A DNA stretch of 64,000 nucleotides from Bilabrum cf. latius (Eukaryota), in contig OZ237763.1 of NCBI GenBank assembly GCA_965178125.1, forward strand, positions 682,001 to 746,000, given 5' to 3'. This document shows, piece after piece, positions 58,954 through 64,000 of the stretch (its first letter is position 1; the number at the start of each line of letters is the position of its first letter). The position numbers were made by a program, and so were the translations under genes. The notes under the pieces are model-generated. The model saw only the letters and a list, made by a program, of their open reading frames with translations, did no database searches and was not told the DNA's origin.

Positions 58954-61900
58954 TCATTTCTCCATCGACCGCTGCACCTCGGCTGCCGCAGTACGCAGCG
59001 ACTCGACCTGCCTGGCAAGCTTTCCGTACGCATCGCTGTCCTCCTCGTCCGAGACGTTTCTCGTAGCACCAGAACGCGCGCCCGCGATAATAGGTGCTCC
59101 TAGTGTCTCCCTGTCGGCCTGGCTACTTCCCTCGCCCCTCACCGGGCCCTCCATGGGAGGACCCCTTGGCGAGGGCGTGGAAGACGAGGGGGCGGGGGAT
59201 GGGCCTGCCTGGAATCGGCTCACGGGACCCGCCTCTTGGAGCGGCCCAAGGGCAACAAGCTTGCCCTGACCCTTACCCTGCCCTTGGTCCGCCCCCCGAT
59301 CGCCCGATGCCTGTCCCTGCCCCTGCCCCTACCCCTCGCGCAGCCCCGACCGGCCGCCGCCCCCCTCCTCCTACTTCTGCCCCCCGTCCCCACTCTCCCT
59401 CTTCTTCCTCTGTTCCCTGATGGACCTCATGAGCGCATCTGCCTCTGCCAGCGCGTCCTGCGCCCTGGCCAGGTGCGCCCTGCGGCTGGTGGACAAAGCC
59501 GATTCCATGCGAGCAGAGGCATCCAGCAGCACCTGCTCGATGATCTCGTCAGACACCGGGCCTGGGCCTGGGCCTTGGTATGGAGATTGGGATGAGGATG
59601 GGGCACCCTGGGGCTGTGGCGGTGCTGCAGGCACCACAGTGTCTGCGTGGTCCATTGCGCCTGACTTCTCGACCTCCACGCTGCTAGCACTGGCTTGACT
59701 ATCGCTGCCCTTGCCCTTGCCATTGCCATTGCCATTACCATTGCCCTTGCCATTGCCCTTGCCCATGCCTCGAACAACGCGCCGCCCCGGCATGGAGCCA
59801 GCAGGAGGCGGGTCCCTGGCGATCACGTCTCGGGGCTACCTGCCAAGCGCACGCAATGGTGACGAGTGCCCCGAGTCCCCTTGCCGCCTCCCCTCGCCGT
59901 CCTGTGCCCCCCCCCCTCCCCCTCCTCCCAGCCCCAAAGCAACAGAAGCCACCGTCTCAGAGGCGCTTGCATCGAGCGCCCGCATGCCGCGGGGAGACAC
60001 CCCAGCCCGCTTGGCGCTCCGAGCAGCGAGTCCGCTCCTCTTCATCTGCTTCTGTTTCTGTTTCTGCTTCTGCCTCTCCTTCTTCTTACGGAGCCCCTTG
60101 ACGAGCTTCCTAGACCCGTTGAACATGAGCCTCTGCTCGTTCTGCCTGGCCTCCCGGGCCTCCTTGGCGCGGATCTCCCTCGCGCGCTGGGCCTTGCGCT
60201 CACCGTACGAGGCCACCCGGGGAACAAGAGGGGGAGGGGGGGACCGTGGGCTGGACCGACCAGAGTGGGAAGACTTGCTGCCCCTGCCACCGGCCCCGCG
60301 AGCGGAGGACCGGGAGCGACGGAAGGGCGACGCCGGGACGGGGCTGCGTCCCGGGGCGGGGGCAGCTGTGACAGCGGACCACGCCGCGGCGCCGCCCCCA
60401 GCTCCCTTCCGGCTTCGCTTGCGGCGCACGCCGCCGCGGCCGCTGGCTCGCGCGCGAGGTGACGACTCGGCAAGCAGTTCCGCAGCCAGCCGCGGGGTGC
60501 TTGCGGAACTTCGAGGGCGCCGCGCGCTGCTGCTCCTGGACGAGGCGGCGGTCCCCCTGCTGGCGAGCATGCGGGCGGACAGGGGCGAGGAAGCGGAAGC
60601 GGCCCCGTCGAAATCGGCGGCTCCGGGGGGCGCCCCCTCGGCGGCTGCGGCTGCTGCCGCCCTGTACTCCTCGGCGGAGATGCCATGCAGGTGCACCGCG
60701 GGGACATCCCCCGCCCCCGCCCCCGCCTTGGGGTCACCCCCCGACCACTCCCAGGGCATGCCCCTGGCCGAGGACTCACGGAGGTAAGGGAAGGGCCCCG
60801 ACTCGGGGACGGGCCGCCAGGCATCGCGCATGCCGGACGCACCGGCCGCCAGCTCCGAGCGGCGAGCGGCCATGGGCTGCGTTCGGCTGTGATCCAATGA
60901 ACCTGCAGCCCCGGCACCAGCCCCGGCACCAGCCCCGGCACCAGACCCAGACCCAGACCCAGAAGCAGGCCGCAGTCGGCTCCCGCTGGCCTGCCGCAGC
61001 ACCCGCTCTCGCAGGGCCGCGGTGCCCGAGAGGTGCGCTCGAATCTCCGCCCCCTGTGCCCCCCGGGGTGGGGTCACATCCCGCGGGGGATCCGAACGGG
61101 TCGGCCGCCCGCTGGTACCCCCACCCCCAACGCCTCCACCTCCTGATACCCCTGGACTGCCAGACAGCGACAGCCGCGTCCCTCCGCCGTGCTGCCTGCC
61201 TCGCGGCGGGGTGGGCGTGCCCCTGCCGTCCCTCAGCTGCTGCTCCCTCTCTGCCCTGGCCTGTTCCGCCGGACTCGACCCCTGCATGGCCGGCCCCATC
61301 CCGGCGGGACCCCTGGAGCCCGGCCTCCCCGAGGACGTGTCCACGTTCCACGGACCCACAGTGTCCCTGCCAAGCGGGCGCTGCACCCCCGCCACCCCGG
61401 GGCTCAGCCTCTCCGCTTCTTCCCTCTCGTGCGCCAGCGACCGACCTGCGGCCTGCTTGGCCATCCACTCCCTCCCTATCTCCTCCCTGGTCCGGGGCCT
61501 AAAGTCCAGCCCAGCGTCCTGCTCCTCGACCAGCCTCCTGGCCTTACGCAGCAGCTCCTGTTCCCTGCGGTGCACCCAGTCCTGGTTCTCGCGGTACAGC
61601 CTCTCGTTGTCGTCCGTCACCCGCCGAGGCACCTCCCTCAGGCCCAGCCCCTCGGGCAGCGGCTCGGGCCGGGGGACCTCCAGCCTGCTGCCCGTCTGTG
61701 CCTGTGCCTGAGCGGGCGTCGACAGCAGGCCGAACTGCCCCAAGCCAGAGCGGTCACCAGCCCCAGCTCCTGCCGATCCGCTAGCTTCCACACCGCTCCT
61801 CGCCCCGACCTCCCCTGCGGAAGGCTGGTCACCTTCATCCCCCTGACCCCCATTGCCACCGGGCGGCACAGGCCCCCTGGGGGGCTCCCTCCTCGGCAGC

Positions 61901-63394
61901 AGCCCGCTCAGCCTGTGCATGGCCCTCGCCGCGCCCTTCCTCCTCGAAGGCGAGTCCTCTCTCCTGGAGGCACCTGCCCTGGCCGCCGTCGCCACGGTGC
62001 TGCCCATGGCGTGGGCTGCCAGGGCAGGTGAGCTATGCCTGCCTTCTTGCGGTGAGGGGCGCGATGGCGGTGGGGGGCTGGAGGACGAGGCAGAGGGGCT
62101 CCCAGCCCAGCCGCCCTCTCCCTTTCCCCGTTCTACCCCTGCCCCTGCCCCCTCCCCCTCGCTCTCCCCCTCGCCCTCCCGCATGGCCTGCCTCAGCATC
62201 GCCTCGGCAGCCGCCCTGCCCTCGGCTTCCTGCGCCTCCCGAAGGCCTCCCTCCTCGTCCATGTGCCACCGCCAGTCTGGGGAGGACGGGGCAAGGGGTT
62301 GATCGTCAGCAGCAGCACCACCGCTAGCTGTAGCACGGGCTGCAGGCGATGGCGACGGGCTGTGGCTCGCAGGGTGTAGGCTCGTAGGGCGTGACGGCGA
62401 TGCTGCTCCGCCCCCGCTGCTAGCTTCACTGGGCGCAGCCACCCTCGGCAAAACCGCCCCCGAGATGCCCTGCGATCCCTGCCCGTGCCCGTGCCCGTGC
62501 CCCTGCTTGGCCAGCCACTGCCTCCTCATCTCTACAGAGGCACGGAGACTGCTCGGGCTGTGCCGGAGGAGGGCCTGGGAACCGGATACCACAGTGGCGG
62601 GAGATGTGATGGGGCTGCCCTGCTGCTGCTGCTGCTGCTGCTCTGCGTTGCTTCTGTGCCCCTGCGAGGGGCTCGGTGCAGCGCTGCTTGAGCTCGCAGC
62701 GGTGCTGCGGCTGCTTCCGGGCCCAGCCGGATACCGCCCCTCCGAAGCAACGAGATCAGGATTTGTCTTTCCGTTGTGCGCTTGGTGCGCTGCACTTCTC
62801 GCATACTCCTATACGTGAGACTTGCCAGCAGATCCGGGATCAGTCCCGCCAGATGTGGCCCTCTCGGGGTCTTCCTCGACCCAGGCGGATTCCAGCGCCG
62901 CCTCCTTGGCAAGACCAGCCCTCTACTACTCTCTTTTGCTGTCAACGCTGTCTCTCCAACGCACCTGTCTTTGATAAAACTCCGCCGCTTCTCCATTGCT
63001 GATCTTGCTCGCTTTCACAGGAACTGCGTTTGGCGCGTCGTCTGCAATACCCCTGTCCCTATCCGCATGCCTGCGTAATGTATCCATCTTCTGCGCAGAG
63101 TGACAGGCCCGACCACCGATAGCAAATCTGACAGGCTTGAGCGAACACTTATAAAAATGCAAACCAGCCATTCGTGCGCAAACACTAGCAACAACTTGAA
63201 CGACGTTCCTACCATACAATCCGAATACTTCTTGTGCAACATAATCTCACTTTTGCAATGTACGCACTGTGCTTCTGTTGCCGCTGCATGAATCCATCAA
63301 GGCTGGGTGAGTCGGCGGAACCATCTTGCCCAGAGTGGTTTTCCTGGACATTAAATCCAAGATGGCCAAAATCGTGGCCAACTGAACTTGACAT
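58954..63394 (-). CDS. Large low-complexity/coiled-coil hypothetical protein (~1,426 aa); probable intron 63091-63250
   Basis: ORFs 59836-62592, 59371-59826 and 58954-59223 share one frame, with TAG at 62926, 62923, 62809, 59836, 59371 and 59329; ends at TGA 58954. AAA|GTGAGA...CTGCGCAG|AAG phase-0 intron. Confidence 0.7.
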
Positions 63395-63632
63395 CGGACC
63401 GCAGTGGACTCGGGCGGCGCGCTTTGCCGCCCAATACAGCAGTAAATGCCGTCTTGGGAAGGCGTGCAGGTCGCTCCAAAATGACACGTTACAAAATACC
63501 ATCGAGCGAGAGATTTTGGTATAGACTAATCCAAGAAAGAACATGATACCTACGTTTATTGGCTTGTCGGCCTGACTGCCTTGCTACTGCCGCGGGCATC
63601 CGTTGCTGTTTCGAGATTGGCACCAGTAGCCA

Positions 63633-64000
63633 ATGCGAGGCGGCTGTTGCACTTCGGCCAGCCTTGCCCTTCTTATTGTGGGCGTAACGGCATCATCCGC
63701 GACACGAGAAAGCGTTCTGCGACAGGTTAGTGACCCTCCAGTGGGATGTGTCGTAGATTCGCTGTTCCCTGAGCACCAAACTCTGGTTGGTGACCGCTCC
63801 ATGAGAGTTGTCACTCAAATTGCGTGCTCAAGTGGCGACGCAGACGCTGCAGCCCTATGCATTGACATATTTCGCGGTCCTAACGCTACAGATACTACCA
63901 GACACGATGCCTGGTCCGAAGGCGAGCACCTCGGTAGGTCATGCAGGAGCGGAGCACCCTCTCCGAGTTACCCAGCAAGCGACGAGAAGCCGATGGATAG
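63633..64000 (+). CDS. Probable 5' part of a secreted protein, running off the window
   Basis: Open frame from ATG 63633 to the window end, starting MRGGCCTSASLALLIVGVTASSA (signal-peptide-like). Confidence 0.4.
   Translation, partial: MRGGCCTSASLALLIVGVTASSATRESVLRQVSDPPVGCVVDSLFPEHQTLVGDRSMRVVTQIACSSGDADAAALCIDIFRGPNATDTTRHDAWSEGEHLGRSCRSGAPSPSYPASDEKPMD

Noticed and set aside
1-64000. Interpretation as a field of pseudogenes or C-to-T hypermutation (RIP-like)
   Set aside because: Such processes would also create TAA (from CAA), TGA (from CGA/TGG) and frameshifts. Interruptions in host genes are essentially all TAG, and catalytic motifs are intact.
1-64000. Ciliate-type code 6 (TAA and TAG = Gln), pyrrolysine, or A-to-I editing of UAG to Trp
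   Set aside because: No in-frame TAA was found and one gene ends in TAA. Diagnostic TAG positions align to Gln, not Trp or a special catalytic residue. U-to-C editing cannot be excluded from DNA alone but is less parsimonious for about 100 sites.

Overview
GC-rich, gene-dense eukaryotic nuclear DNA with short GT-AG introns, probably from a protist (lineage not determinable from this window). The main result is that the window uses a variant genetic code. The fragmented ORF track collapses into about 13 long genes once TAG is read as sense. I counted roughly 100 in-frame TAG codons by hand, with no in-frame TAA in any traced gene, and genes end at TGA (once at TAA). Diagnostic positions indicate UAG = Gln: the invariant QG of reverse transcriptase, the Atx1 'SLxxQxV' Gln, and a (GQ)n repeat. 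UAG is therefore decoupled from UAA. Recoded genes include a cadherin-repeat surface protein, an intronless ~5,700-aa FG-GAP/BNR/multi-TM receptor-like protein, RMND5/GID2, dynactin p150Glued, an ARM-repeat protein, ankyrin and WW proteins, an integrin-alpha-like protein, an APC permease and an Atx1-like copper chaperone. Mobile DNA comprises an intact CRE-type non-LTR retrotransposon written in the host code, a truncated relative, a 1.65-kb TIR element with an 8-bp TSD carrying a decayed OTU protease, and a ~490-bp dispersed repeat associated with all three insertions.
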